A DNA stretch of 64,000 bases. It comes from an uncultured bacterium (GTDB taxonomy: Bacteria > Bacteroidota > Ignavibacteria > Kapaibacteriales > UBA2268). The notes beneath the pieces are model-generated. The model was not told where the DNA came from. It made no database searches and was given only the letters and a program-made list of their open reading frames with translations. The first letter of the stretch is position 1. Every line of letters begins with the position of its first letter. Shown piece after piece: positions 62,955 to 64,000 of this stretch. A program made the translations under genes and the position numbers. Where the stretch lies: positions 1,515,219 through 1,579,218 of the forward strand of contig OW818654.1 of NCBI GenBank assembly GCA_942492935.1. Direction: 5' to 3'.

Positions 62955-64000
62955 ATGGATTTGTTTACTTTTACAAGTACGGCAGAGAGTACTCTGACAA
63001 AATCAAGTTGTACTGATAAGATTCAAAAACCAGCTACAGCATTATGGAACAAATGCCTGAAAATTATCAAAGATAATGTAAATGATTCAGTTTATAAAAC
63101 TTGGTTTAAACAGATTGAAGCTCTTAAGTGGGAAAGAAATAGATTAACCCTTATGGTACCAAGTCAGTTTTTTATTGAATGGATAGAAGAGCATTATTAC
63201 GATTTGTTAAAGAATACTGTGTCGAAAGTCTTAGGGGATGATGCAGGTATTATTTACCAAATTGTAATTGATGATAGTAGTAATGACTCACTCGAAGAAA
63301 GAACTATTAAGGTGCCAGGTTTTAAATTTAATCCCAAAACCACTCAAAATAGTCTTCAATTTGCAGACCCCAAACCAGAACCTCCGTTTGAGACTAATTT
63401 GCAAGCCAGATACTCATTTGAGAATTTTGTAACAGGTGATAGTAATCAATTAGCATCATCGGCTGCAATTGCTGTAGCTCAGAAACCAGGCGGAACTAAA
63501 TTTAATCCATTGGTAATTTATGGCGATACTGGTCTTGGCAAAACACATCTTGCACAAGCTATAGGTAATTATATCGCTCACAATAGCCCTAAATTAAGAA
63601 TATTATTTACTAATAGCGAGAAATTCTATTTTGATTTTATCAATGCTATTCAAAATAATAAAACTCGTGAATTTGTAAATTTTTATCGTTCTATTGATGT
63701 ATTGATTGTTGATGATATACAGTTTTTTGCAGGTAAAGGTAAAACTCAGGATAATTTTTTCCATACTTTCAACGCATTGCATCAAGCTGGTAAGCAATTG
63801 ATATTTACATCCGATAGACCGCCAAGAGAACTAAAAGATGTTGATGACAGACTTATATCACGCTTTCAATGGGGTTTAACTGTTGATATTCAGCCACCTG
63901 ATCTTGAAATGCGTATGGCTATTTTGCAAAAGAAGAGTTTAGATGAAGGTATTGAAATTCCACATGATATCATCGACTACCTTGCAAGAAATGTCAATTC
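62955..64000 (+). CDS. dnaA: Chromosomal replication initiator DnaA (3'-partial; runs off the window)
   Basis: The N-terminal region …LWNKCLKIIKDNVNDSVYKTWFKQIEALKWERNRLTLMVPSQFFIEWIEEHY… is DnaA-like. The AAA+ Walker A is NPLVIYGDTGLGKTHLAQAIG and the Walker B region is VLIVDDIQFFAGKGKTQDNFFHTFN. Confidence 0.9.
   Translation, partial: MDLFTFTSTAESTLTKSSCTDKIQKPATALWNKCLKIIKDNVNDSVYKTWFKQIEALKWERNRLTLMVPSQFFIEWIEEHYYDLLKNTVSKVLGDDAGIIYQIVIDDSSNDSLEERTIKVPGFKFNPKTTQNSLQFADPKPEPPFETNLQARYSFENFVTGDSNQLASSAAIAVAQKPGGTKFNPLVIYGDTGLGKTHLAQAIGNYIAHNSPKLRILFTNSEKFYFDFINAIQNNKTREFVNFYRSIDVLIVDDIQFFAGKGKTQDNFFHTFNALHQAGKQLIFTSDRPPRELKDVDDRLISRFQWGLTVDIQPPDLEMRMAILQKKSLDEGIEIPHDIIDYLARNVN

Overview
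This is an AT-rich chromosomal window from what looks like a Bacteroidota/Ignavibacteriota-like bacterium. The clues are at least five secreted proteins ending in type-IX-secretion C-terminal sorting domains, weak Shine-Dalgarno use by host genes, and dispersed REP-like palindromes.

The left 21 kb is mostly housekeeping and accessory genes:
- a HU DNA-binding protein
- a BNR/sialidase-fold secreted protein
- a two-gene ATP-citrate lyase (reductive TCA cycle) whose alpha subunit is unusually long
- an IS110-family insertion sequence sitting in a REP-like cluster
- a quinol-dependent nitric-oxide reductase (qNOR)
- an ECF sigma factor coupled to a membrane-anchored anti-sigma-like protein that itself ends in a T9SS sorting domain
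- a HigB-like toxin/antitoxin pair

From about 21.5 kb to 62.25 kb lies a roughly 40.8-kb integrated element. It is bounded by imperfect 80-100-bp direct repeats that share an identical 21-bp core, and it sits about 0.7 kb upstream of dnaA, in the presumptive oriC region. The element has a phage-like lysogeny/early module:
- a tyrosine integrase
- paired HTH repressor-like genes facing a Xis-like gene
- roughly 30 small SD-driven early genes, including a replication initiator with internal iterons, a DUF4406 protein, a TylF-type methyltransferase, a GT2 glycosyltransferase, and two J-domain proteins

Its large 'late' module is atypical:
- a RecA/KaiC-like small ATPase and a very basic protein
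- at least four CHAP-like peptidases, an SLT lytic transglycosylase and a transglutaminase-like protease
- many small membrane proteins
- two giant collagen-like (GYSG-repeat) proteins
- a 1244-aa CHAP-plus-repeats protein
- two adjacent ~210-220-aa proteins followed by a strong terminator

No terminase, portal or recognisable major capsid gene of tailed phages is present. This element, a candidate non-tailed virus or novel integrative element, is the main candidate for a previously undescribed system. Several unusual repeat and hairpin modules are also described. The window ends with the 5' part of dnaA.
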